Program-made: the position numbers and the translations under genes
The notes under the pieces: model-generated
The model's input: the letters and a program-made list of their open reading frames with translations, nothing else
Databases searched by the model: none
Told to the model about the DNA's origin: nothing
Origin: Candidatus Hydrogenedens sp.
GTDB taxonomy: Bacteria; Hydrogenedentota; Hydrogenedentia; Hydrogenedentales; Hydrogenedentaceae
Assembly (NCBI GenBank): GCA_049968235.1
Contig: JBMFRC010000004.1
Span: forward strand, 190,013-254,012
Direction: 5' to 3'
Length of the DNA: 64,000 bases
Shown here: positions 29,770 to 38,435 of the stretch, one piece after another
How positions within the stretch are numbered: position 1 is the stretch's first letter
Layout of the letters: the number at the start of each line of letters is the position of its first letter

Positions 29770-30966
29770 TTGTATATGATACCACGACGATGGATACATA
29801 TTTTACCTGCTGAATATAACGAAGTTCTAAATCCTTCCCCGGAAGTACTATCCAATTACGATATTATTTCCCGATGGGAAAATGAGTTCCGTTCTTTTAT
29901 AGGTTCTCCAAATGCTGTTTCTTTGCCCTCTGGAAGAGTTGGACTAAAACTTATATTACAACATTTGAATCTTAAAGAGAATGACGAAATAATTATTCCT
30001 GCACTCACATTGAAAGCACTGGTAAGTATTATAACATCATCAGGACTAAAACCTGTTTGTGCAGATATAAACCCTAAAACATTAAATATAGACCCTGAAT
30101 CGGTTCAGAATTTAATTTCACCCCGAACAAAAGCTATAATCGCTTTACATACTTTTGGGAATCCTTGCTTAATTGAAAAAATATGCAAAATAGGTCAGGA
30201 AAATAATATCCCTGTTATTGAAGATACTGCTCATGCTTGTGGTGCCAGAATTCAGAATCAATTTGCGGGGACATTCGGATATGCTGGTTTTTTTAGTTTT
30301 GATATATCCAAGCCCGTAAATACATACGGGGGTGGAATGGTTACCAGTGAAGATTCGTCACTTATTGACTTCATTCGAGAATACAATAAAAAACTTATTA
30401 TAGATACAGTTGAAATAACCAGGAAAGCAAAGTCTATTAAGTTAGAACAGACGTTATATAACATAAAACTCATGTATCCTATTCTTTATTTAAGACTGTT
30501 CCGACCCTTTTTTAAGTCCCTTGAGTTTGTATACCGTAAAATTCAAAGTGTCCCTCCCGAGAATGTTCAGTTTACACCTCTACAAGCAAGTATAGGCATA
30601 GAAAAATTACCTTTCTTAAGTTCAAAAGTAGAACAAAGAAATGAAGTGGCACAATTATATCGTAAGTTATTATCTGATAAAATTAATATTCCTTATGTAA
30701 GACCTGATTGTATACCTTCTTATTACATGTTTGTTGTTATTCTTCCTAAAAAATCTCATAATATCTGTTCTTCCCTTCTTTTTCGTGGTATTGATACTGC
30801 ATTTGAGGAAGAAATAATTGATGATGTTTCTCTAATAATTGAAAAATCACATTGTCCAAACGCTAATAAGGTATACCCAAATTTGTTAGCCTTACCTTTC
30901 TATGATGGTATTTCACAAGATACTATTGAATATATCTGTAATTGTTTAAATAAACTTGTGGAATAA
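29770..30966 (+). CDS. DegT/DnrJ/EryC1/StrS family PLP-dependent sugar aminotransferase/dehydratase.
   Basis: Conserved FSFDISKP PLP-lysine region, plus ALHTFGNP and EDTAHACGA motifs. The true start may be the MIPRRW Met at about 29776. Confidence 0.85.
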   Translation: MYMIPRRWIHILPAEYNEVLNPSPEVLSNYDIISRWENEFRSFIGSPNAVSLPSGRVGLKLILQHLNLKENDEIIIPALTLKALVSIITSSGLKPVCADINPKTLNIDPESVQNLISPRTKAIIALHTFGNPCLIEKICKIGQENNIPVIEDTAHACGARIQNQFAGTFGYAGFFSFDISKPVNTYGGGMVTSEDSSLIDFIREYNKKLIIDTVEITRKAKSIKLEQTLYNIKLMYPILYLRLFRPFFKSLEFVYRKIQSVPPENVQFTPLQASIGIEKLPFLSSKVEQRNEVAQLYRKLLSDKINIPYVRPDCIPSYYMFVVILPKKSHNICSSLLFRGIDTAFEEEIIDDVSLIIEKSHCPNANKVYPNLLALPFYDGISQDTIEYICNCLNKLVE

Positions 30967-30978
30967 AATAAAAAACTA

Positions 30979-33900
30979 TTAATCGGAAAGACCGATTCGT
31001 TTAATTCTTTGCTTTATATCGTCATTTTGAGGATTGAGGCTTATAACTTCTGAAAATACTTTTTTTGCATTATTTTTATCGTTTATTTTGAGGTATGTTT
31101 CCCCTAATTCTATTAACACTTCTGTAAGTGTTTCTAGTGGGACATCTTTTACTTTTAGTTTTTGAACTGCTTCTTGAAAAAGTTGTATTGCCTGTTGATA
31201 ATCACCTATCTCTTTTTTAAATTCAGCATAAGTTGCCCAGCCTTCACCATCACCGGGGTATATATCCAACGCAGTTTTATAAGCCTTCTCTGCCTCCTCG
31301 TATCTTTTCTGCTTTCTATACAAATTTCCTAAATTCCTCCATGCAAGAGGAAATTTGTATTCTAAATTTATCGCTTCCTTTAAATGTTCTTCTGCTAAAT
31401 CAAACATACCCACCTGAAAAGCATAAAATCCTAAGGCATTGTGCAGGTTATGGTCATGAGGCTGTTTTTCTAATGCTTTTTCAAAATAAGGAATTACTTT
31501 TTCCAATTCCCCTTTTACATAAAAGGCATCAGCAATATTATATAGAGCGTTTATTAGGTCGGGTTTTATGGATAATGATTTTTGATAAAGTTCTATTGCT
31601 TTGTCAATATCCCCCGACACAAAAGCATGATACCCTAAATTATTATATGCCAGCGGATTTTTATCGTCTATTTTCAGAGCTTTGTTATACATTTCTTCCG
31701 CTTCTTTTGTTTTCCCTAATCGGTCGTATAAAACTCCTAGGTCATAAGGGACATAAGAATTATTTGGGCTATTTATCATCGCCTTCCGGTATAAGTCTAT
31801 TGCTTGCTCTGTATTCCCCTTCTTTTCTGCCAACTGTGCTAGGTTATAGTATGCCAATTCATCATCAAGTCTTATTTTTAAGGCTTCATAAAATTTACTT
31901 TCCGCTTCTTCCCACTTATTTAACTTGACTAATAAACTCCCCCAGTTGTTCAATACTAAAGTAAAATCAGGAACAATTTCTAATGCCTTTTTAAAGTGCT
32001 CTATGGCTTCTTCAGGTTTATCGTCTTGTATTAAGATTGCTAATTCTCGATGTGCTCGTGCATCCTTCGCATTCATTTCTATTGCTTTTTCAAAATATGC
32101 TATCGCTTCTTCTTTTTTTCCCATCCTTGACAATACCTGTCCTGTCATATAATATACATTCTGAGAGGAGGGGTCAATATTTAATGCTAACTTTAATTTT
32201 TCTAATGACTTTTCATACTCTCCTTTATTAGCATAAATAGCACCCATTTTGGCTATAACATAAGAAAACTGAGGATAGGCTTCTAACGCTTTTTCATAAC
32301 AGGTAATCGCTTGTTCATAGTCTTTCCTCATTTCCATAATCTCTCCCAACTCATTCCATGCCCGAGCATCCCTAACATTTAGTTCTATTGCTTTTCGAAA
32401 ATAAACCTCCGCTTCATCCATTTTTTTCTGTTTCTTTAAAGCACATCCTAAAAGATAAATACTGTCTTGATATTCCGGATTTAGTTGAATTGCCTTTTTA
32501 AAATTATTCACAGCCTCTTGTAAGTTATCTTTGGCAAAAAGAATCCTTCCCAATCGCTCATAGGCATAGGCAAAATCGGGTTTAGCAGATACTGCTCGTC
32601 GGTAATATTCTTCTGCTGTATCCCATTCGCCATCATCCGCATGAATATTCCCCAATTCACAGAGTGCTCTTGCATCCTCTGGATTTAAATCTATCGCTTT
32701 TAACAAAGTATCTCTCGCTTCTTCAATTCGACCTATATTCCTCAATTCTCGACCTATAAGAAAATATACATCTTGATATGAAGGGTCTGTCTCCAACGCC
32801 TTTTTGTAAAAAGTCAGAGCATCTTCAGACCGTCCTTGTGATGAGAGTATTCTGCCATATTTATCCAGGACATAAGTAAAATCGGGTATAATTTGCAGAG
32901 CCTTTTCATAATGTATAAGTGCTTCCTTCCAATTTCCCTGGTGTTCAAGAATTTCTCCTATCTCGTTGTGGGCACGGGCATCATTCGGATTTAATTCAAG
33001 CGACTTTATAAAATATTTCTCTGCCTTCACTTCATCTTTTAATGCAAGATAAGTTTTTCCAAGATAATAAAACATATCTTGATAATCGGGGGCTAATCGG
33101 ATGCCTTTCTCGAACTGTTCTTTTGCCTCGTGAAAATAACCCGATTTAAATAAGTCCTTGCCTAACCGATGATGCATATAGGGTAAACTTTTAGGCATGT
33201 AAAGAAGTGTCTGTGCTTCTTCCAGAGCCTTTTGAATTTCTCCTCTTCTTAAATACGAATCGGCTCGTTGATAATGCCACCTTGCCAAATCTGGTTCAAA
33301 GGGAACCCATCGGATAGAAATAAGAATAAAGCATACAAGGAGTAGTGACAACCAACGCGTTAAAGATAAAGTATCTTTATTTTTTATACATACCCACAAA
33401 AAATAAATAAAGTTTGCACCTATTAAAAAGAACAAAGGGAGAACAGGAACGCGTGCTCTCCCATTCACAAAAAACATCAAGAAACTGCCTAAATAAGTGA
33501 TAATAAATAAATAAATTAACAATAACAATTCGTTAGAATATGAACTATTCGATAGAAAAAGAAATTTTGAAATATTGTCTTTGCTTAACCCAGATTTTAT
33601 GTTTAAAAAAATAAGAATTGTGCCTGCAATAAAAAGCCCGCCTGCCCATGGAAAAGTGGGGAGATATTTCAGAGGAGGGTAATGTTTTATTTCGTAATAC
33701 ACAACTTTATTACAGGTAATTTCGATAGGACACCACAGTAAAATTGCTTTTTTAATAATCTGTATAATTGTTTTTTCAGGATGCGTTTTAATATATTCCA
33801 ATGCTTTCTTTGTAAATATCATTGAAGCATCTGCATGTTTCAAGTTTTTTATCCCCAATTCTTTACCCAATCCTTTTACCACATTCACATAATCACGGGC

Positions 33901-34749
33901 AGTCCAGTTTCCAGTACCTTCTAATTTTTGTAAATATTGATTCCATGGAGTTGTGCCGTCTGCTTCCGGATTATTACCTATAAAAAGATTTTCCCCAAAG
34001 TATGTAGAAATAAGCACCCACTCACCTGATGCAATATAGTTACGGAGTGTAATAGGTATGATAGGGATAAAAGTAAAGATAAAAAGCACAACCCATGATG
34101 GAATAAAAGAAAAATATTTTTTTTCTTTGAATGTAATCCATACCATCCATAAGGCTATAAAAGGTCCAAAGGACAAAATATTCGGTCTCATAGTTGCATA
34201 AGTACCAATGGACAAGCCCAGAGGAATGCACCAGTACCATTTTTTATGGATACTCCAACGATATAGGACATAAAAGATAAAAACAACCAAAAAAACGAAT
34301 AAAGCGGGGTCGTTTACTTCTCCTTCCCAATATATAAAGACACTATAGGTAGAAAGTAAAAAACTGAAAATTAATCCTACAATTTCATTAAATATTGCTT
34401 TCCCTAAATAAAATGAGAGCAAAACTGTCAGGACACCTGCTATGGCATTAAAAATACGGGGGGTCAGGTAACTATCTGAAATAAAACGATAAAGAAAACT
34501 TAGAAAATATCCATGACCTGGTGGACGAAAAAAAGGTGTTGTGCGCATTTCGGGGTCGGTTACACCTTCAGGAACACTCCAATCGCCTGTTACTATTGCA
34601 CGAGCAAAGTAATCTTGAACCTCCGGGTCCTGTTGTAGTGCTGAATAATCGGGAGCATGTTTATATACTTCATAAAGATACCAAATTCTCAGAAACACCG
34701 CTATTAGAATGATTAGAAATAAAACAAACCTAACTTTATTTTCCTTCAC
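30979..34749 (-). CDS. Giant (1256 aa) GT-C fold membrane glycosyltransferase (ArnT/PMT_2-like, subfamily A) fused to about 20 TPR repeats.
   Basis: VQDYFARAIVTGDWSVPEG...FFRPPGHGYFLS. Clear paralog of 4997. The C-terminal roughly 800 aa is almost entirely TPR motifs. Confidence 0.75.
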   Translation of the reverse strand: MKENKVRFVLFLIILIAVFLRIWYLYEVYKHAPDYSALQQDPEVQDYFARAIVTGDWSVPEGVTDPEMRTTPFFRPPGHGYFLSFLYRFISDSYLTPRIFNAIAGVLTVLLSFYLGKAIFNEIVGLIFSFLLSTYSVFIYWEGEVNDPALFVFLVVFIFYVLYRWSIHKKWYWCIPLGLSIGTYATMRPNILSFGPFIALWMVWITFKEKKYFSFIPSWVVLFIFTFIPIIPITLRNYIASGEWVLISTYFGENLFIGNNPEADGTTPWNQYLQKLEGTGNWTARDYVNVVKGLGKELGIKNLKHADASMIFTKKALEYIKTHPEKTIIQIIKKAILLWCPIEITCNKVVYYEIKHYPPLKYLPTFPWAGGLFIAGTILIFLNIKSGLSKDNISKFLFLSNSSYSNELLLLIYLFIITYLGSFLMFFVNGRARVPVLPLFFLIGANFIYFLWVCIKNKDTLSLTRWLSLLLVCFILISIRWVPFEPDLARWHYQRADSYLRRGEIQKALEEAQTLLYMPKSLPYMHHRLGKDLFKSGYFHEAKEQFEKGIRLAPDYQDMFYYLGKTYLALKDEVKAEKYFIKSLELNPNDARAHNEIGEILEHQGNWKEALIHYEKALQIIPDFTYVLDKYGRILSSQGRSEDALTFYKKALETDPSYQDVYFLIGRELRNIGRIEEARDTLLKAIDLNPEDARALCELGNIHADDGEWDTAEEYYRRAVSAKPDFAYAYERLGRILFAKDNLQEAVNNFKKAIQLNPEYQDSIYLLGCALKKQKKMDEAEVYFRKAIELNVRDARAWNELGEIMEMRKDYEQAITCYEKALEAYPQFSYVIAKMGAIYANKGEYEKSLEKLKLALNIDPSSQNVYYMTGQVLSRMGKKEEAIAYFEKAIEMNAKDARAHRELAILIQDDKPEEAIEHFKKALEIVPDFTLVLNNWGSLLVKLNKWEEAESKFYEALKIRLDDELAYYNLAQLAEKKGNTEQAIDLYRKAMINSPNNSYVPYDLGVLYDRLGKTKEAEEMYNKALKIDDKNPLAYNNLGYHAFVSGDIDKAIELYQKSLSIKPDLINALYNIADAFYVKGELEKVIPYFEKALEKQPHDHNLHNALGFYAFQVGMFDLAEEHLKEAINLEYKFPLAWRNLGNLYRKQKRYEEAEKAYKTALDIYPGDGEGWATYAEFKKEIGDYQQAIQLFQEAVQKLKVKDVPLETLTEVLIELGETYLKINDKNNAKKVFSEVISLNPQNDDIKQRIKRIGLSD

Positions 34750-34818
34750 ACACTTTTCCTTACAAATCTACTGGAGCAAATAACTCAAAAAATATAGTAA
34801 GAAGATACAAATTTTACA

Positions 34819-34971
34819 TTACAAAGCGTATATAAACGGCGAAATAACTCCAGCATTTCCTGCAAAGATAAATAAGGCAGCCAGTAATAGTAGGGTTATG
34901 ATAATAGGTGCGAGCCAATATTTCTTTCGAACCTTTAGAAAATCCCAAAATTCCTTTAATAATTCTTTCAT
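34819..34971 (-). CDS. Small (50 aa) single-TM membrane protein resembling the SxtK/DUF5989 family. Not in the ORF track.
   Basis: My own translation: MKELLKEFWDFLKVRKKYWLAPIIITLLLLAALFIFAGNAGVISPFIYAL. GGAGG lies 8 nt upstream of this ATG. A longer MEALF- start is possible at 34986. The FLKxRKKxWLxPII...LLL pattern matches my recollection of DUF5989. Confidence 0.45.
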   Translation of the reverse strand: MKELLKEFWDFLKVRKKYWLAPIIITLLLLAALFIFAGNAGVISPFIYAL

Positions 34972-35058
34972 GAACAATGCCTCCATAGTTTTACTTTATA
35001 ATTTATTATACAAAATTGTCTATTTTAATGGGAAAAGAGTAAAGCCAATCTATATAAG

Positions 35059-35673
35059 TTATTTTTCGACGCTTTTCAGTTTTATCAAAAAAGGCATAAT
35101 AAGTTCCTGAATTCTTATCCCTATTTCTTCAACTCTTCTTGAATATAAATGATATGCAACTAACGAAGGAATTGCAATAATTAATCCGGCCACTGTTGTT
35201 ATCAGTGCTTTGGATATACCCTGTGCCAACATCTGTGCATTTCCGAGACCACCTATCGTAATCACATTAAATATATCAACCATCCCTAAAACTGTCCCAA
35301 GTAAACCCAGCAAGGGACTGATTACAGATATTATTTGTAGCACAGTAAGACCGCGTTCTAAGTAGGACAACTGAGTCCTACCTAATGTATTAATATGTTC
35401 GACAAGAACATCTTTAGGTTCATTACGAAGATTAATTACCTCACTAACAAGAATACCAAGAGGTGAAACTTTCCGCTGAGATAGAGAACGGATAGTTTCA
35501 AGTTCTTTTAACATGTTCGGGTAAGAAAGTAATTGAGTAAGTTCATCAGGTATATTTTTTTTCATTCTCAATGCAAAAAAACGTTCAAATATTATAGCCA
35601 ATGCTATAACAGAGCATATCGCAAGAGGATACATAACCCAACCACCTTGATATAGCATATTCATCCAACTCAT
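35059..35673 (-). CDS. MotA/TolQ/ExbB family proton-channel protein.
   Basis: Three TM segments with the typical ExbB/TolQ C-terminal half (...LGLLGTVLGMVDIF...AQGISKALITTVAGL). Confidence 0.8.
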   Translation of the reverse strand: MSWMNMLYQGGWVMYPLAICSVIALAIIFERFFALRMKKNIPDELTQLLSYPNMLKELETIRSLSQRKVSPLGILVSEVINLRNEPKDVLVEHINTLGRTQLSYLERGLTVLQIISVISPLLGLLGTVLGMVDIFNVITIGGLGNAQMLAQGISKALITTVAGLIIAIPSLVAYHLYSRRVEEIGIRIQELIMPFLIKLKSVEK

Positions 35674-35691
35674 ATGAATCTCCTTTAATTA

Positions 35692-36657
35692 CTACAAAAA
35701 ACTAAATGTCCACCGAATTTGTAAATTTCTATTCTTGTATATATCAGGAACCTGAAAAGGAAACGGCGAAAAAGGTGCTGATTTCTGCAATGCTTGTTTA
35801 CAAATACCTGCAAACAATAGGTCTTCAGGTTCACCGATAATATCTATTTTAACAATTTTACCTTCTGAACTTATCTCGCAATCAATCACGACTTCTGTTG
35901 GTTTTGTCCCTGAATATCGAGTTAATAAATAATGTAACCAGTATTTTTCAACTTTCCGTTGAATTTCCTTTAAATAGGGTGCCAACTGGTCTTGAATCGC
36001 TTCAAAACCAAGTATCCCCTCTTTTTTTACCTGGTTATAAATCTTTCCCTGTGGGTTCTGGAATGCCTTCCCTGAATATTCAGGTTCTACAATCTCTTCT
36101 GGACTTTGCTCTTTTATTAATTTTTCATCATTCGTATTATCTTCTTTTTTAGGGAGTATTGTTCCCCCTTTTTCTCTATGAAGTATTGCTCCCATAGGAA
36201 GATTATTTTTCACTGCTTCTTTATGTTGTATCTTAGTTGTTTTTTTTGTTTGAGGAATAATATTAGCCACCTGCATTTTTTCCGTTTCAGAACCTAATGT
36301 TTCAATTTTTGGATTTTCAACTAATGGTGGTCCCGGAATATCTCCCTCACTTTTAACAGGAGCAGAAGAAATAGAATTAGCCTCTGCAATATTTTCAGTT
36401 TTTGAGGGCACTTCATCTGTTGGTTCTATAACTTCTACCAGTTTTTTTATTGTATTTTGCTGTTCCTGCTTTACAAATTCGACTCTTATAGACTTCTCTT
36501 TTGAAATATACGGGGTTGGTTGGGAATATAAAGATGTCTTTATTAGAATTCCAAGAATACAACAATGGATTATTAGGGAAAACAATATATAAACAGATAT
36601 TGTTTTCGTATAAGATATTTGTTTCCTATTTGGAGCCGAAAAATAAATGCCATTCAT
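35692..36657 (-). CDS. TonB-like energy transducer: N-terminal TM anchor, Pro/Glu/Lys-rich spacer, and a C-terminal TonB-type domain.
   Basis: TM anchor ISVYILFSLIIHCCILGILI. Low-complexity P/E/K-rich middle. C-terminal roughly 90 aa with alternating hydrophobic pattern (VVIDCEISSEGKIVKIDIIG...). Confidence 0.6.
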   Translation of the reverse strand: MNGIYFSAPNRKQISYTKTISVYILFSLIIHCCILGILIKTSLYSQPTPYISKEKSIRVEFVKQEQQNTIKKLVEVIEPTDEVPSKTENIAEANSISSAPVKSEGDIPGPPLVENPKIETLGSETEKMQVANIIPQTKKTTKIQHKEAVKNNLPMGAILHREKGGTILPKKEDNTNDEKLIKEQSPEEIVEPEYSGKAFQNPQGKIYNQVKKEGILGFEAIQDQLAPYLKEIQRKVEKYWLHYLLTRYSGTKPTEVVIDCEISSEGKIVKIDIIGEPEDLLFAGICKQALQKSAPFSPFPFQVPDIYKNRNLQIRWTFSFL

Positions 36658-36678
36658 TAGAAATTTCTATTTTCTGGT

Positions 36679-37722
36679 TTACTTGCCCGATTTAAGAAAA
36701 ACAATTTTCTCGTTTTCAATATAATACGAATATGATATATCCAACCACTGAAAAGTCAACAAATCCAAGGCTAATTTAAGTTTCATTTTATTTAAGTAAC
36801 ACGGATTCACAGGCAAGTTTTCGGTTCCGGGCATCATCTCAATGGTAAGCCCTGTTTGATTTGCAAGCACGGGAGCCACTTTAGATAATGGTAACGCTCC
36901 CTCATAAAAAGGAAGGGTTACTTTCTTATCTAATGGAACATATCTGGGTAAGGAAATAATTACTTCTTTATCTAATGAAGTTTCTTTTGTCCCCACATTA
37001 AAAATTTTACAATCAACAAGTTGGGTTTTTCGCATATTTAATATAGTATAGAAAAATATAAAATCGTCGGTAGCACACCATTGAATATTCTGAGGAACAA
37101 TACGGGCACTTTTCAATATCATTTCCAATGCTACACTTAAAGACTTCTGTGAGATAACAATCTCTCCCACAGGTAATTCTGCTATGCTATTATCTGCAAC
37201 AATATTACAACCATAAGTAAAATTAAGACTATTTAGAACATTAAATAATTTTGTTCCTGCTCCAAATCCTGCAGTTACTGTTATATGTTCATATTTTGAG
37301 GGTAATTTATCAGATAGGGATAATCGTGTTAGATTTTCATATATAGATTGTTCCGTCGGGTATAAAAAATAATAACCATTTATTTCCTGTAAGGACATGT
37401 TTGTCGTTGATGATATTTGTTGAATTAAATTTCCTATTTCTTTTTCAGGCTTATCAATTTGAACCCATCGTGTTTCAGCACCATTAACAACTGAAATGGA
37501 TAAAGGATAGTCCCCTCCTAATTTTCTAATCACGACATTTAATAAAGCGGACTCCTTAATAAGGTCAAATACATTCTCATTTTGTATAATCTCTTCTTGA
37601 AAATTATTTTGTTCTTCCTTTGGAGTAGATTTGCAGGATATACCAGCAATAAGGGAAAGAAATGATACAATGATAAAACACAATAATTTTTTTTGCATAG
37701 GATTTCTTATAAAAGTCTGCAT
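36679..37722 (-). CDS. Hypothetical exported protein or lipoprotein; first gene of the TonB/ExbB operon.
   Basis: Signal peptide ending ...LIAGISCKS. No recognisable domain. Confidence 0.5.
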   Translation of the reverse strand: MQTFIRNPMQKKLLCFIIVSFLSLIAGISCKSTPKEEQNNFQEEIIQNENVFDLIKESALLNVVIRKLGGDYPLSISVVNGAETRWVQIDKPEKEIGNLIQQISSTTNMSLQEINGYYFLYPTEQSIYENLTRLSLSDKLPSKYEHITVTAGFGAGTKLFNVLNSLNFTYGCNIVADNSIAELPVGEIVISQKSLSVALEMILKSARIVPQNIQWCATDDFIFFYTILNMRKTQLVDCKIFNVGTKETSLDKEVIISLPRYVPLDKKVTLPFYEGALPLSKVAPVLANQTGLTIEMMPGTENLPVNPCYLNKMKLKLALDLLTFQWLDISYSYYIENEKIVFLKSGK

Positions 37723-37812
37723 AGTTTTTAATTATGTAATTACAGGTCAAATATCATACAATCTTATATCATATAACGAAAAAAAGTAAAAATTCTTTTC
37801 TTGTAAAAAACT

Positions 37813-38415
37813 ATGTTTCAGTTATCTGTTTATATTCTATTCTGGTGTTTGATTAATGGAGCACAAACTTTTTATGGTGAAGTTCCTGAAAATATTCCCA
37901 CTTTTTTGATAAAAATTCAACGAGAACAAAGCGAGTTTTATGGAGGTATTATTGTTCAGGGACAATGGGTAGATAATGCTTCCCTGCCTGAATTGAAAAG
38001 CAAATCGGTTGAAATTGTTGTAGATACACCCTGGGAAACGCCCCAAATTCATCGTCGTGAATTAGGTCACCGAATTGAACTTTCGTATGAAGCACCTGTA
38101 TTACGTAAAAAAAGACTGGAAGACGGCTGGAAAAAAGCAGGTTATGTACTTTTAGATAATCCACAGGGGAAAAAAGTTATTAAAGAGACTACTTATAAAC
38201 AAGCATTACAGGCAATAGAAATGGCTCAATCTATCTATCAGCAAAATCAGCCACCTGAATTATTGTATAGTCCAAGTGGGGTTGCATTTGATTCTAATAC
38301 CAATAAAAATACTTTTATGAAACAGTGGATTTTCCATATTTTGATAGTAGTTTCAGGGATATTGTGTTTATCTTTCATTATTTGGAAGTTTTTGTTAACC
38401 TCTCATTCCTCGTAA
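37813..38415 (+). CDS. Hypothetical protein with an N-terminal signal peptide and a C-terminal TM anchor.
   Basis: Hydrophobic N-terminus and C-terminus (WIFHILIVVSGILCLSFIIW). Confidence 0.45.
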   Translation: MFQLSVYILFWCLINGAQTFYGEVPENIPTFLIKIQREQSEFYGGIIVQGQWVDNASLPELKSKSVEIVVDTPWETPQIHRRELGHRIELSYEAPVLRKKRLEDGWKKAGYVLLDNPQGKKVIKETTYKQALQAIEMAQSIYQQNQPPELLYSPSGVAFDSNTNKNTFMKQWIFHILIVVSGILCLSFIIWKFLLTSHSS

Positions 38416-38435
38416 AATATCTCTCCTATATTAAC

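Noticed and set aside
30981-30997. Short inverted repeat aatcgg-aaaga-ccgatt between the convergent DegT and GT-C/TPR genes, a possible bidirectional terminator.
   Set aside because: Only a 6-bp stem with no U-tract, and it lies within the last codons of the minus-strand gene. Too weak to call.
31233-32231. Several plus-strand ORFs (231, 75 and 64 aa) inside the 1256-aa GT-C/TPR gene.
   Set aside because: Antisense to TPR repeats. The repetitive codon structure gives long open frames on the opposite strand. No independent evidence.
34819-34986. The small ORF downstream of exbB taken as ExbD/TolR.
   Set aside because: Far too short (50-55 aa versus about 130-140 aa), and it lacks the ExbD periplasmic domain. 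The pattern fits DUF5989/SxtK instead.
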